A DNA stretch of 64,000 bases from the human T2T-CHM13v2.0 reference genome, Homo sapiens: assembly GCF_009914755.1 (NCBI RefSeq), contig NC_060930.1; one strand, written 5' to 3'. Below are positions 1-13,900 of the stretch, one piece after another. The notes beneath the pieces were generated by a model that was not told the origin of the DNA, ran no database searches, and saw only the letters and a program-made list of their open reading frames with translations. The position numbers and the translations under genes are program-made. Position 1 is the stretch's first letter, and every line of letters starts with the position of its first letter.

Positions 1-90
1 AGTGCAAAGGTGGGAAAGTTAGAGGTAGTTAGAGAAATGACAGAGGACTTCTTAGAAGTTGGGTCATTTGAACTAGTCTTGAAAGATGGC

Positions 91-514
91 TATGATGGTT
101 AAGCTTATGTGTCAAACTTGGCTAGGTCACAGTGCTTAGATATTTGGTCAAACAGTATTCTGGGTGTTTTTGTGAACATATTTTTAGATGAGATTAACAT
201 TTAAGTCAGTAGACTTTGAGTGAAGCATATTACCCTCCATATGTGGGTGGACCTCATCTAATCAGTTGAAGGCCTTAATAGAGAAAAGACTAACTTCCCT
301 GGAGAAAGAGGGAATTCTGCCAGCAGGCTGCCTCTGGACTAGAACTGCAGCTCTTCTCTAGGTCTCAAGCCTGCTGGCTTCCCTTGCAGATTTCAGGCTT
401 ACCAGCCTCTACAATCTCATGAGCCAATTCCTTAAAACAAATCTGTCTATATATGTGCACACATATATATATTCATCCTATTGGTTCTGTTTCTCTATTG
501 AGAACTCTAATACA
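91..514 (+). mobile_element. MLT2D-like ERVL solo LTR inserted in an L2 relic
   Basis: Begins tatgatggttaagcttatgtgtcaa, contains gatgagattaacatttaa and gagccaattccttaaaa, ends gagaactctaataca. Confidence 0.85.
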
Positions 515-1320
515 ATTTCCCATATTTTAATTAGTAAAGAAAGAGGAGTGGACAATGGAAATAAGTGCACTGTATGGAGAAGTGAAGAGAATGTGCCTAT
601 GGATTGTGAATTCTCTAATGTGGTTGGATTGTATGGGTATCACAGGGCTCCCTAGTGGTACATAGTCCTGGAAAGGTAGACTGGGGCCAGATCATGTATG
701 TCTTTGGTTACTGAGGCAAGGGGTTTGAGCTTTATTCTGTAGAAAGGTTTTGGAGCAGAAGAATGATATAACCATGGCTACCATTAGGAAGGTGACCCTG
801 GCAACTGCGGAGGATAGAGTCAGGATGCCAGAGACCACTGCACTATCCACATGAGCAGAACTGAGCTGATGACGGCGGAACCAGGGCACTAGCTGTAGGA
901 ACGGATTAAGGGTATAGAATCAAGACGCTTAAAATCAGTAAGATTTGAGGATTGAATGGACAGTCTGAATCAAACATGTCTCTAAAACTTCTACAATGAT
1001 TGGCTTGCAAGACGGTGACACCATAAATGAGATAAGGAAAACAGAAGGGGAAACAGGAATGAAGCTGTATGCAGGGACACAGGGTGTTAAGTTCAGCTAT
1101 AGTCCCAGACCTGTGAGCATTCAGGCCTCAGTAGCACATGTGAGTGAATAGATTCAGGAGATATCCTGAGCAAAGGTGAAGTGAGAACCATTTGCATAAA
1201 CAAACTATGGAGGAACAGGAGAATAGAGTTGGAGGATGTTGATATTTGAGGGCTGGGCAGAGGAAGAGGATTTAGCAAAGAAGACTAAAAAGGAGAGTTA
1301 GGAGAGGAACTAGTACCTAG
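515..1320 (-). mobile_element. L2 LINE relic (approximate)
   Basis: Purine-rich degenerate sequence typical of antisense L2 (agactggggccagatcat, tttggagcagaagaatgat). Confidence 0.6.
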
Positions 1321-1459
1321 CACATAGGTGGCACCCAATGACTTTTAAAAAAAAATTAATAAATAAACTAGGGTGATGCCCAGTCATAGAAGTTCAAAAA
1401 GATGAGCATGTGAAGGACAAAACAATGATTGTACATTTCAAAATAATGAATTTCATATA

Positions 1460-1792
1460 CACTCGTTCCTCAATATCTGTGAGAGATTTGTTCCAGGATC
1501 TCCTATGAATACTAAAATCCATGGATACTTGAGTCTGTGATATAAAATGATGTAATATTTGCATATAACTACTAACAAACTCTTGGATCATTTAAATCAA
1601 CTGTAGATTACTTATAATACTTAGTACAATGTAAATGCTATGTAAATTGTTGTTATGCTGTATTGTTTAGGTAATAACCGACAAGAAAAATGTCTGCATA
1701 TGTTCAGTACAGACACAGTATTTTTTAATACTTTCAAATCACAATTGATTCAATCTATGGATTCAGAACCCATGGATACTGAGGGATAACTG
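1460..1792. mobile_element. MER2 (Tigger-derived MITE) with TA target duplication, nested in an L1M 3' fragment
   Basis: Terminal inverted repeats cactcgttcctcaatatc / gatactgagggataactg flanked by TA (1458-59, 1793-94). The flanks rejoin as an L1M 3' end (…tatgaattatctctcaataaagctgtt). Confidence 0.85.
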
Positions 1793-2130
1793 TATATGAA
1801 TTATCTCTCAATAAAGCTGTTATTTAATATGAATAAAGAATAAATCGATTAAGTAAGATTTTGTAAAAAATTAAGTGAGCTAAGGGCTAAGAAGAGGTCT
1901 TTGCAGTTGACCACTTAAGGCACCAATCACCTCTAAGCAAGCAATTCCAATAATGAAGGAATGGCAGAAATTCAATTATTGTAAGCAAAGAGTAAGAGGG
2001 TCAAAAGTGGAAGGATCTAGTATGGTACCTTCTTCCTCAATAAGTTTAACATCCTTTAAAGTTTCATTTTTAATATAAAAATAAACATTGTTATTGTAGA
2101 ATATTGGAAAATAGATAGCTTTTTAAATAA

Positions 2131-2469
<339 letters not shown>

Positions 2470-3469
2470 TGATTTTCTACCATACTGATAACAATGGTTA
2501 ATGTTTTGATAGATATTCCAAAATTTTTTCTGTGCTTATTATAGAACTGAGATTATAAAAAACATTCAGTTTTATAATTTTTGTCCAAAAAATTCAATCT
2601 TACAGCATTTACCATTGCATAAATGTGCCATCATTTTAAACCATTCTCATATTGCTAGACTTTATTTCTTCCATACTTATTTTGCTATTTTCACTGTGAT
2701 GAATATGTTTGTTCCTAAATCTTTGTCCAATATTGCTTTACTATTTCCTTCAAGTAAATGCATAGATGGAGAATACATGTGTCATAGATGGAAAATGCTA
2801 TGTCAAAATTCATGGGCATTTTTATGACTCTTGCTGTATTGTCCAACAGCTTTTCAGAAAGGTACCAATTTACAATCCTTCATGAAGGATTCACTACATG
2901 TTCTCCCCTACTGAGTGTTAGCTTCATTCACTTCACATATTTGAGAGATAAAAATGATATCTCACTGTTGTTTGGATGTGCATATCTTACCTCAAAGAGC
3001 TCTCACGTAAGATTTATTCTTTAAGAGCTATAATTTGTTTCTAAGCCTCCTGATTAAAAAGTCAATAAAGAGAAACAAATTGATGAAGAAAGATTATGAT
3101 AATGAACTCAGATTAAAATTTAGTTTTAAAAAACCAAGAAAGGGACATATCAATTTGGATAAAAAGCAGGACACTCTTCATTTATGATAACCAAGAACTG
3201 CAGGGAAAGAATCCCTCTATCATTCAGTTGCCATTACTCCTCTGGCCATTTTCTGAAGTCTGTTCCCCAAACAATACAGGAGCTGGGGTAAAACACTGAT
3301 GTTCCAGTTTTCTCTAATTCCTTATATATAATCTTATCGACATAATCCAACATATTCAATTTCATTTGGGGGTAGTGTATTTCAGAGAAACGAACTAAAA
3401 CGCTGTCTTAAGTATTTGTGTGACAGGTCTAATGCTACTACAATAAAAATAAAGCTGCCATTTCCTAAG

Positions 3470-3680
3470 AGCCAGGCACTGTGCCAGGTAATTTACACAC
3501 ACAATTAATTTTTGCAATACTTAATTGCAGAAGCTATTAGATCTATTTCACTGATGAGAAAACTGAGGCTTAGATTTGTTTATTTATTTTTACTGTGATA
3601 AGAGTCACACAGCTATTAAATGAATAATCTGAAACTTGAATCCAGCTGTCTGGTGCAAATGCCAATGTTCTCTCACAAAT
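3470..3680 (-). mobile_element. MIR
   Basis: Core gatgagaaaactgaggcttag…gtcacacagct. Confidence 0.7.
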
Positions 3681-4330
3681 CCCACCTTTGTTTTGTACAT
3701 CATTTGACATTAATCATATATGAGATTATTATCACTATCCTTATTTAAACTTCAAGAAAGGAAAATTATGATAATATAGTAATATAACATTATCTTAACA
3801 AAATATCTTATACTTTAGGTATCTAACGTCCATTATAAGGTCAGAGACAAACAACCTGAATTTTTAAAGCAAACACTTTAAAACTCTAAAGCCATCACTA
3901 AAAACTAAGTTATATAAATGTGCAAGTTAATCAATTAAAACGGAAATAATAAACACTTCAAATATTCCTCTCTGACCCTTCCAAAAATTCTTCCACTTCA
4001 TTCAGCCCTCTAATCATTAAAGCTGCCACTTTTTCGCCATCCAGAATCAAAGTAACTTGCTCCACGTCCTCAATTCCTTACAAAATTTGGATTTCATATC
4101 CCACCCCTCCTTACAATCAGTGCCTTGTAACCACCCTTTAATGACTACGTGGATCTTTTTGTCATTCTCGTCTGACCAGTCTCAGTGTCCCCAGACCCAC
4201 TGACCCACACCAGACACTCTACAGGTGGAACTAGTCATGTGCTAGGAGCCAGCTCCCATCCACTCTGGGGGAGTGGCTTAAATTTCCAGGAATTTTATCG
4301 GCTGATTGTTAAATATAATCATCTCTAAAA

Positions 4331-4332
4331 TA

Positions 4333-4373
<41 letters not shown>
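4331..4373. repeat. (TG)n(TA)n microsatellite
   Basis: Directly visible. Confidence 0.97.
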
Positions 4374-4377
<4 letters not shown>

Positions 4378-4450
4378 TTGCAGGTAAATGGATTAAGACA
4401 GAAATAATAAATACTCAAAATTCAATGCTTCTTTAGAAAATAATGTGATT

Positions 4451-4677
4451 GGCCGGGCACAGTGGCTCATGACTGTAATCCCAGCACTTTGGGAAGCCGA
4501 GGTGGGCAGATCACAAGGTCAGGAGATCAAGACCATCCTGGCCAACATGGTGAAACCCCGTCTCTACTAAAAATATAAAAATTAGCTGGGCGTGGCGGCA
4601 CACACCTGTAGTCCTAGCTACTTGGGAAGCGGAGGCTGCAGTGAGCCGAGATAGCAAAAAAAAGCCCAAAAGAAAAA
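4451..4677 (+). mobile_element. AluSc-like SINE with right-arm deletions; 16-bp TSD
   Basis: Starts ggccgggcacagtggctca. TSD agaaaataatgtgatt (4435-4450) / agaaaataacataatt (4678-4693). Confidence 0.92.
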
Positions 4678-6186
4678 AGAAAATAACATAATTTGGCTAC
4701 AATCTGTGCTCTTCAGGCCGTGTGCATATATTGTAGGCATATGGTGAAAATACGACGTAATAGTGAGCTACAGTACATCTCTTCTCAACCCTACATTTAG
4801 TGATGCCATGTGGAAAGTTTGAAACCAGCCACAGCGGGAGCATTTACACCATGGAAGTCAGCAAATGCTACACATCAGGGCCTTTTAACCAATAAGCCAG
4901 TTGTAAAGCATTTAATAGTATACCACTAGATAAGACCCAACAACCTTTTTTCAAACAGGCCTTCCAAGTGATTCTGATTCTGCTAGAGCTTGAGAACCAC
5001 CGGTTTAGAAGGCCTAGTATGCTCTTCTCCCAATATTCCAACTTCTTCCTCATCCACACACAGAGTACCGGAGTTTGGAGCTTGCTTCACTTCAAAACCA
5101 ATCTATCACAGCTTCAAACCACCTGATTTCATCCACGGAAGGTACATGTTAATATGAGAAAGATGACTTTCCCTGGGACCCTGTTTTAAATTTTTGCCCA
5201 AGATTTTATAAAAATAAATTGTTCTAAGCAGATTATTTGTTTATTTAATCTCAATTTAGTATTACTTCTATTTTTAAAATATAATAAAATTACAAAATAT
5301 TTTTCCCCTGAAAATCATATCTCATGGAACCATGTCATCCAGACTCCATTTAGAAGTTGGCTGCTGAATAATGAAGACCAGCAGATGGCAGCAGGGACTC
5401 TTGGAAAGAAAGCCTCACGTCTTCAAACCATTTTGGCTGAGAAAGAACATAAATAAGTCAAGCACATTTCTAAATAGTTTGCTGGTTCATTTATTCTTCG
5501 TGTTGGCAAACTGCCTTTCAAAATTCAGTATAGATTATATTCTATGATTTCATAAAAACATTAACAACCAAAAAAGTCATGTAGTCTTTTTACCCAAATT
5601 GGTTCATGCCAGACAAGAGTAGACAGATCCTTTTCACTGTGTTGTCAGATTTAAAATTTCAAATTCTCGCAGACAAGACTTAAATTATTTTACTTCATTA
5701 ATATTTTTAAGTATATTTAATATTATCCCTTCTACAACCAGTTTTCCTATGAAGTTAGGAGTTAAGACAGGCAGATAAACAGAGTACAGATTATAAGCCA
5801 TACAACCCTCACATTAAAAAAAAAAACAAAACCTGAAAGACTAGAGCATTTAAACAAATGTTTTAGTTATCATCGTATCACTAAAATCCATGCAAGACAA
5901 TTAAATTGAGTCTGATTTTAAGAATAATACAGACTACCGTGTGCAAGAGTCTTGGTTGCATCATTAAGGGGAGCTATTTGCAAGGAGTGGTTCTGTATCT
6001 ATATAGCACTGACTGTTAAGAATCCATCAGGAATCTTCAGGCTCAAGAGCGGTTCAGCAACAGCAGTAATCACAGCATGAAGAAGTGATTCTCTGACTGC
6101 TGAGCAGGGTGTGGAATCAGCACTGGAAATATTGGCAAAACTGTCCTGTTATTTTTTATAATGTCATTTCAATGTCTTCTGATTAA

Positions 6187-6490
6187 CTTTTTTTTTTTTT
6201 TTTTTGAGATGGTGTCTCACTCTGTCTCCCAGGCTGGAGTGCAATGGTGCAATCTCGGCTCACTGCAACCTCCCCTCCTGGGTTCAAGTGATTCTCCTGC
6301 CTCAGCCTCCCAAGTAGCTGGGATTACAGGTACCCACCATCAGGCCCGGCTACTTTTTTTTGTACTTTTAGTAGAGATGGGGTTTTATCATGTTGGCCAG
6401 GCTGGTCTCGAACTCTTGACCTCAGGTAATCTGCCCTCCTCGGCCCCCCAAACAGCTGGGATTACAGACATGAGCCACTGCACCCAGCCT
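6187..6490 (-). mobile_element. AluS SINE
   Basis: Poly-T plus full antisense dimer. TSD-like tgattaact/tgatcaact. Confidence 0.95.
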
Positions 6491-6539
6491 GATCAACTAT
6501 TTTTAACTGGGCACATAAAGATGCACAGACACTAGGCAG

Positions 6540-7505
6540 GAGTGAATCCATAATGTGTTTTTAACATCATTTATGAATCAGCACTGTGCTAGGCACTAAG
6601 GAGGCTGAGATGAACATGATGTCATCCCTGGTTACAGGAGCTCATAGACTACTGAATTCTAAATTTAGAGGATATTCAGTAAGTTCCAGTATTTATTTCA
6701 CAAAGTTGTTTTGATAATGAAATGAGATAACATTTTTTAAAATTACTTCACAAACCATCCCAGCATTGAGCAAGTGCCAGTTTGCCATTATTTCTAAATA
6801 GATGAGTGACAGAATCAAACTGATATCCAAAAAAAGAGCAATGGGCAATGATGTACAAAACAGATTAAATGGGGAAAGTAAACTTAGGCAGATTAATCAG
6901 CTGGAGTCCACTGTAATAACCCAGACAGGAGGTGGCAGAGTATGAAGTGTCTGGGGCAGTGGGAACAACTGAATGAAAAAATGAAGAAAGCACGCAGATG
7001 ACTTTGTGGCTGACAGCAGGACAACAGAGAGGAAAGAGACAAAAACGCCAAAAGGATGATTCAGAGAATAATGTAATAGGAAACTCAAGTGAGTGAAGTA
7101 ATTTAGGGTGAAAGATAAAGAATTTGACTTTTGACATGTTAAATTTAAGATGACAGTGAAACATCAGAGTGAACAGAGCAGAAGGAAGTTGGGAGATGTC
7201 GCAACTCACAAACTCCTACTCAACTTTTAATACCCACTGCCAATGTCCTTTCTTCCAGGAAGTCTTTCCTTGATAGTCCTCAGAGGTCATTTACTCACTT
7301 CTCCAGGTTCCAAAAGCAGTTTGTTTAACATCCTAGTTTAGCATGTTATATTGGGTTGGCATTATCTAACTCTGTGTCTGTCACTTCAATGAGACTCCAT
7401 TAGAACTCATTAAAAGTAGAGAAAGTCACTGATCTTTATATCCTTAGTACCAGCACAGTACATAATTCATAATAGGTACTCAATAAATGGCTAATGAATG
7501 ATGAA
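6540..7505. mobile_element. L2 relics (minus ~6540-7200, plus ~7205-7505)
   Basis: gcactgtgctaggcact…, ttgacatgttaaatttaagatg, and the L2 tail aataggtactcaataaatggctaatgaatg. Confidence 0.55.
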
Positions 7506-7664
7506 AGTAACCAGCTGATAAAAATAAATAAATATCAAAACATAAACATCATCTGCTTAAAGGAGATAGAAAACTGTTAGTAAATATAATTTCCAAGGAA
7601 AATAATTATTTAGAAATAAGAAGTGAGCTACGTATAGGACCATAAGAATAGATGCCTTAGGGAG

Positions 7665-8095
7665 TGCTGCAGTTTGGTTTGTTTGACTCTTCCAAATCTC
7701 ATTTGAAATCTGATCCCCAGTGTTGGAGGTGGGGCTTAATGGGAGGTGTTGGGGTCATGAGGGAGGATCCCTCACTAATAGATTAATATCCTCCCTGGGT
7801 GGTGGGGATGAGTGAGTTCTCACCGTTAGTTCCTGCGAGAGTTCTCCTGCCAGCTGGTTGTAAAAAAGAGCCTGGCACCTCCCCGGCCCAGCCCTCTCTG
7901 GCCTCCTTTCTAGCCTTGTGATCCCTGTATTCCTTCTTCTTCTGCCATGAGTGGAAGCAGCCTGAAGCCCTCACCAGAAGTGGATGCTGGCACCATGCTT
8001 CCTATACAGCCTGCAGAACAACAAATAAACCTCTTTTCTTTATCAATTATCCAACCTCAGGTATTCCTTTATAGTAACACAAATGGACTAAGACA
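7665..8095 (+). mobile_element. MSTB-type MaLR solo LTR with perfect 5-bp TSD
   Basis: TG…CA ends (tgctgcagtttgg…atggactaagaca). TSD gggag at 7660-7664 and 8096-8100. AATAAA is present in R. Confidence 0.92.
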
Positions 8096-9439
8096 GGGAG
8101 TAGAGAAGAAAGAGAAGCTAGTAAAAGAAAAAGAAAATAAGCCAAAGCCTCATAGAAAAGGGATGCTTTTAAAAACGAAGGAAGACATGTTCCAAACAGA
8201 TTTAAAAAGCTACCAACATCAAAGTGAATGGAGATAAAGAACATACCATAGAATTTCAAAGCCAAATTTAGTTGAGAAAATTTAGGTCTATTCCACCAAG
8301 AACAAAAATAAGAGTAATGAGTAAATGTAGTTAATTTAGTGAAGAAGCCAAGGCTATGGGAACAATCCATTCTTGTTATTTATATGCTGTACAAAGGCTG
8401 CAGAAAACCAAGTTCAGGCTGGGTGCCTATCTCAAGGCAGAGAAGTTGAAAATATTAAGAGGATTAAGAAGCTAATTTTAAAACATGATGAATAACAGAA
8501 ATGTTAGCACAGCACTACTGATGAGGAGGTGAAGAGAATAAACAAAGCTCTCAAGGGCATTTTTCACAAGGAGTAATGCTATGTCAAGATAACCAACTTC
8601 TTGTCAAGTATGCATTACTTTAGGACCAGACAGACTTATCTCAGACCATCCTCCTGTGACTGTCAGGCCAGAGGATCCAGAGGACCTTGGTTCCTGGGGA
8701 GGTCCAGGTGTTTCATTTGGGGTATCTAGAGCCTTGGTGAAGGAGTGGGTCTAAGCATTAGTATTAGACCATCTGGATTCCTAATTTTATTCCAGGAAGT
8801 CCTAGTATTTCTGGATTGTTTAGGTGATTCCAAGAATCAGCCTAAGAAAGGACTCTTAAGATAATTTGCCTTCTTATTTCCAAATGAGGAGACTGGGGTC
8901 CCAGGAGGCCAAGTGGCTTGTCTAAGATCACACTGTTGATTATAGCAGACCAGACCAAGTCTAAAACCCAGGACTCTAGATGGCCAATCCTATAGTGTTT
9001 GTATTTTACACTTTTCAATATTGTAGAGGATAGAACAAAGAAAAAAGCAAGAGAGAACAGAAAAGAGACAAGATGAGACCAAGCTATTTCTCCTCCTTCT
9101 TGAAGGTTGATTCTTATCCACAACTCTGGTGAGCTCTTTCCTCTTCCTTGGTATAATATGGACTTATTAGCTCGAGAATACTGACCCTTCCTCTCTGAAG
9201 TCAATACTCAGGGTTTCACCTTCGATAGACATTTTTTAAATCTACTTGTATAAATCATTAACCTGTTTCCTTATACATTTTGTAATTTAATTATGGGTAC
9301 CTTATTATCTCATTGTTTTTATTGTGATCTGATTATCACATTTTAAATCCTATTGTCTTAGATAGTTACAATTTTTGCCACATCTTTGATTTCTGAGATT
9401 AGACTGAACTTCCTTTTCCAATCACTGAAGGCATAATCT

Positions 9440-10480
9440 GATGATGCAGTAAGAACTACATTGAGTATACCACATACCACGGTCCAGGTACTTCTCTAAA
9501 CAGTCTATATTCATTAACTTACTACTTCACATAATTCAATCACATCAGCCCTCTTGTCTTCTCTATTTTACATAGAAGGAAGCTAAAGCACAAAAGGGTT
9601 AGGTAACTAACCCAAGAACACGCAGCCAATAAGTGTGGCAAAAGTGTGGTTCTCGAACCTGCGAGCTAACCACTCTGTACCACCATCCCAGCAGCCCTGC
9701 CTCTGACTCCACTGAAACCTGGTTCATCCCTTTTACTTACAAGGAAGTTTCATGAGCCCCTGACAATTTCCAATAAAATAACTGCTCGTACTTACATAGA
9801 CTTATATAGAACTTAGTAAGAGCATGGCACCATTTTAAGGACTATCCAAATATTATCAATTCACTTAATTTCAAAACAATCCCACAAGGTAAGTGGGAAT
9901 ATTATCATCACATTCATGTTACACATGAGAAAACTGAAGCACAGAAAGCTTAAGCAACTAACCAGACATTACACAGCAAGCAAGTAGAACTGGGACTCAA
10001 ATCCCAGCAGACAAACTCCAATCCTCCCATCTTAATCACTAGGGTGTCCTGCCTCTGAAACAAAGGGCATAAAACAAGCCAGAAAGTGACCTGCCTTTGT
10101 CATGGACTCAGTTTACCAACCCATCCTCCAGTTCTTCTTCTCTGACCCTGACTTCCTTTGCATCAGATTCTGCTTGTCTGCACCTATCCCTAGAATGCAC
10201 TGTTGTTTTCTTCCAAATGAGTTGACCCCTCTATACCGAACTCCTTAGATCTGTGATATCTGCCACACACCCCTACTTATCTGGCCTCAAGGAGCCAATG
10301 GAGCAGAGGCGGCAATGTGTGAGTCCTTAGGCTGCCCCTGACAGACTGTGTGACCTGGGACAAGTTACTTCACTTCCTTAAACAGAATGGAGATAATGTA
10401 TCTTCCACCCAGGGATTCTGGGAATACTATAGATAATATATATAACAAGGTTAGCACATAGTAAACAGTTAAATATTTCA
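9440..10480. mobile_element. Cluster of three MIR relics
   Basis: Cores catgagaaaactgaagcacaga (~9925) and tgtgtgacctgggacaagttactt (~10347), plus a more degenerate copy at ~9560. Confidence 0.6.
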
Positions 10481-10780
10481 ATGTCTTAGATTTTAATCAA
10501 TGCTTTCAAATTTAAACAAATGCATATTGGGGGCGTGCTAGATACTGTTATAAGCCCTGGGCATAGAGTGGTGAACAAAGCAGTCAAAAAGCCCTTACCC
10601 TCATGGAGCTTTTGTTCTAGCCAGGAACAAATAATTGTATAATACATACCAAGTAATGATCTTGACAGAGAAAATTAGACTCCTCAGGCATGCATGTGGT
10701 CCCCTTTCTTCAACAGGCTGGATGTCAACAGCTCTTGCAAGATGATCCTGTCATCCACCAGGAGCGATCTTATTCTAGAG

Positions 10781-11159
10781 CAGTGGCTCTGAAACTTTGT
10801 GGTCTTAGAGATCCATTATGCTTTTAAAAATTATTGAGGACACCAAAGTTCTTTCATTTATGTGGATTATATCAGTGTGTATTTACTGTATTAAAAATTT
10901 GAGCAAAGTTTTAAAGCACAGGAATGCACAAAAGCTCATTCCATTAGTCCTCAGAGCAATGACATCACCACACATCATGCAGCCTCTAGAAAACTCCACT
11001 GTGCACCTATGTGAGAATATAAGTGAAAAAGGCAAAAACATCCTTGTACCTAAAAAGAGGTAACATTTTACCACTTTTAATATTGTGGTTAACTTCACAG
11101 ATCCCTGAAAGGATCTTAGTAACCCCCAGGAATTATCAGACTATACTTTGGTAACTGTA
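10781..11159. mobile_element. Charlie1-derived (MER106-like) hAT non-autonomous element with 8-bp TSD
   Basis: TIR cagtggctctgaaactttg. TSD ttctagag (10773-80) / ttctagtg (11160-67) fits the hAT-Charlie NTCTAGAN preference. Confidence 0.8.
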
Positions 11160-11524
11160 TTCTAGTGAAGATATATTTAGACTGATGTAAGAATTTTTTT
11201 AAAAAAAGATATTTTAATTTATTCTCCTATCTCTGCTGATGTCTTCTTGCTCATTTTCTACAATCAGAAGCTGAAAAAATTAAATTACAGTTTGGAACTA
11301 CATAAAATGTGAACACCTATGATTAGTTCCTTGAGTTATAATTTATGTGCCTACTTACCTTAAAAAAAACAGCATATATCAAAATCTTAATTCTTGATCT
11401 TCAGAAGCTCAGCCATCCTTATGAGATAAAATTAACTTCTCAATTACAATTATACATTAAATATTTCTCAGTGGTTCACTTCGCAATAGCTTTAACTCTG
11501 GAAGTTTGTTCAGATAGAGGCTAA

Positions 11525-11840
<316 letters not shown>

Positions 11841-13448
11841 TGACTGATTACTTCTTTAAAAGGTGTGTTAACATTTCCTTCCCACAGAAATTTAATTATT
11901 CTTTTATTGCTATTTTAAATGAATATTTTCGCAGAATGTTTCTAAACATAGATAAAATGATTTCACAATTGCATTTCATTATGTATAATAGACCTTCTCT
12001 AGGTTTTACTTTCAGTGTTCCTGTAATAAAATTATTATTAAAGACACAGGAATTTTTGGATAAATGTTAATTCTTTTCATCATCAAGCAGTTTTTAAAAA
12101 GACAAGCAATTTTACCGCTTTTAGTACTAATCACTTTAATTAATCTGCATGGGAAAATAGTAGGCAGCTGAACACTGTATTCCATAGATATTTTTGAATG
12201 AGAGGAACAGCTGGCTATGCAAATACATACAGGTAAATGAATGAGCCCTAAATCTTAGAATGAAAAACTAAAATGCCTTCATGATACAAAACAGATCTAG
12301 CATACAAGAAGGGGAAATAAAACATAAATTCATGGGTAAAGAAGAAGGTATTTTTTACTGAACATCTACTGTGTAAACAGATCAGGTGTTCAATAAAACT
12401 GTGCTGTGAAAAGCCCACTTATACACTTAAAAAGAGTATAACACAGAGAGAAGCATGGAGTGTTTAAGTAACTTGCTCAAGGTCACACAGCTAGCAAGTG
12501 GTAGAGATGAGATTTGAACTCTGGCAGACTTTTAGCAAGTAGAGGATAGGGTTTAAGTAGCAAACCTGTATGTGAATCCTTTTACTAACTTATTAAATAT
12601 GTGACCTCAAGAAAGTTACTTTGCTTCTCTAAATAGAAGGCAGATAACAATGATCCTCCCTCCTAGGGTCATTGGGAATAATATGGAAGAAAGAGTCTTA
12701 TTAGGAGGGTAAGAGAGGGGTCTATATTATCAGGATAGTTTTCTGCATCTCTGAAATAATTTTAAATGTTTTGAATAACTGGAATTTAGAATGACCCATG
12801 TAAAACAAAATTTTAGGAAAATTATATGAATCCTTATAAAAACTATACAGTTAATACCTTAAAAACCACATTATCATCTCTTACTTTGTTCACTTAGTGT
12901 GCCATAGGAACTGTTATTTATTCTTCTCAGCAGTCCAGCTTACTGGTTACATGCATGGGCTTTAGAAACAGACCTTTTAGGCCCACATCCCTAGTTGACC
13001 TTGGATTAGTTAGTTACTGACCTTCAATTTCCTCATCAGTAAATGGATGTAAGTATTAGTACCTTTCCCATTGCATAGTTATTAAAGTTAAATAAGATTA
13101 TACATGTAAAATAATTAAAATCATGCCAGGAATATAGTGTTCAGAACTCAACAAATTTAGCAACTATCTTTCATCTAATTGTTTCTCAAGGGCTTGGGGC
13201 ATAACAAGACTGGGTAAAATGTGTATTGAGTAAATAAATAATGACATACCTATCAGATTAATACACTAATGAACATTCTCATTGCTTTCTGACATCCTGC
13301 TCTCTTAACCCGGATTCTGAGTCACATGACCTCGCATGCAATATAGCTGTATTGACATACAACCATCAGAGGGCTTTGCATTTTCAAAAGAAACGAGAGA
13401 AACCAACAGATAGACAATTCAAACTTTCAAGCAATCCAAGCGTAAGTT

Positions 13449-13900
13449 TATGGCAGACATTGTCTGTTGATTCCACATAAGTGATTTCTTTCTTCTCCCT
13501 TGATGAGAGCCTTGATTTACTAAGGACCACGTTTCAGCTACAGGATGAATCTGTTATGGCTAAGCTAGGACCACATTTCAGCTACAGGATGAATCTGTTA
13601 GGGCTAAGCTAGGACCACAATTCAGCTACAGGATGAATCTGTGAGGGCTAAGCTAGGACCACAATTCAGCTACAGGGTGAATCTGTGAGGGCTAAGCTAG
13701 GACCACAATTCAGCTACAGGATGAATCTGTTAGGGCTAAGCTAGGACCACATTTCAGCTACAGGATGAATCTGTTAGGGCTAAGCTAGGCCTGGTTGTCC
13801 TATTCCTCTCAGATAGATGCTTGTTTTTCCAGGCTCTTTTGCATCTAAGGGTACCAGCCAATGAGAGGTAAGTGAAGATTCACTGGGGCTAGGGAGTACT
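13449..13900 (+). mobile_element. MLT1I/J-like MaLR LTR fragment hosting the minisatellite
   Basis: tatggcagacattgtc…ggatgaatc…gctaagc…gccaatgagaggtaagtgaagattcactgggg resembles recalled MLT1I/J. Confidence 0.6.
13523..13789. repeat. Minisatellite/VNTR, 6 x 44 bp
   Basis: Unit aggaccacaWttcagctacaggatgaatctgtKagggctaagct starts at 13523, 13567, 13611, 13655, 13699 and 13743, with no spacers. Confidence 0.98.

Larger units (their letters stand above)
4232..4928. mobile_element. MER63-type hAT DNA transposon interrupted by a (TG)(TA)n microsatellite and an Alu
   Basis: Ends gtgctaggagccagctc… and …gcatttacaccatggaagtcagcaaatgctac…taccact match recalled MER63. Confidence 0.7.

Noticed and set aside
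13523-13789. CRISPR-like array
   Set aside because: The units abut with no unique spacers, there are no cas genes, and the context is a eukaryotic intron. It is a minisatellite.
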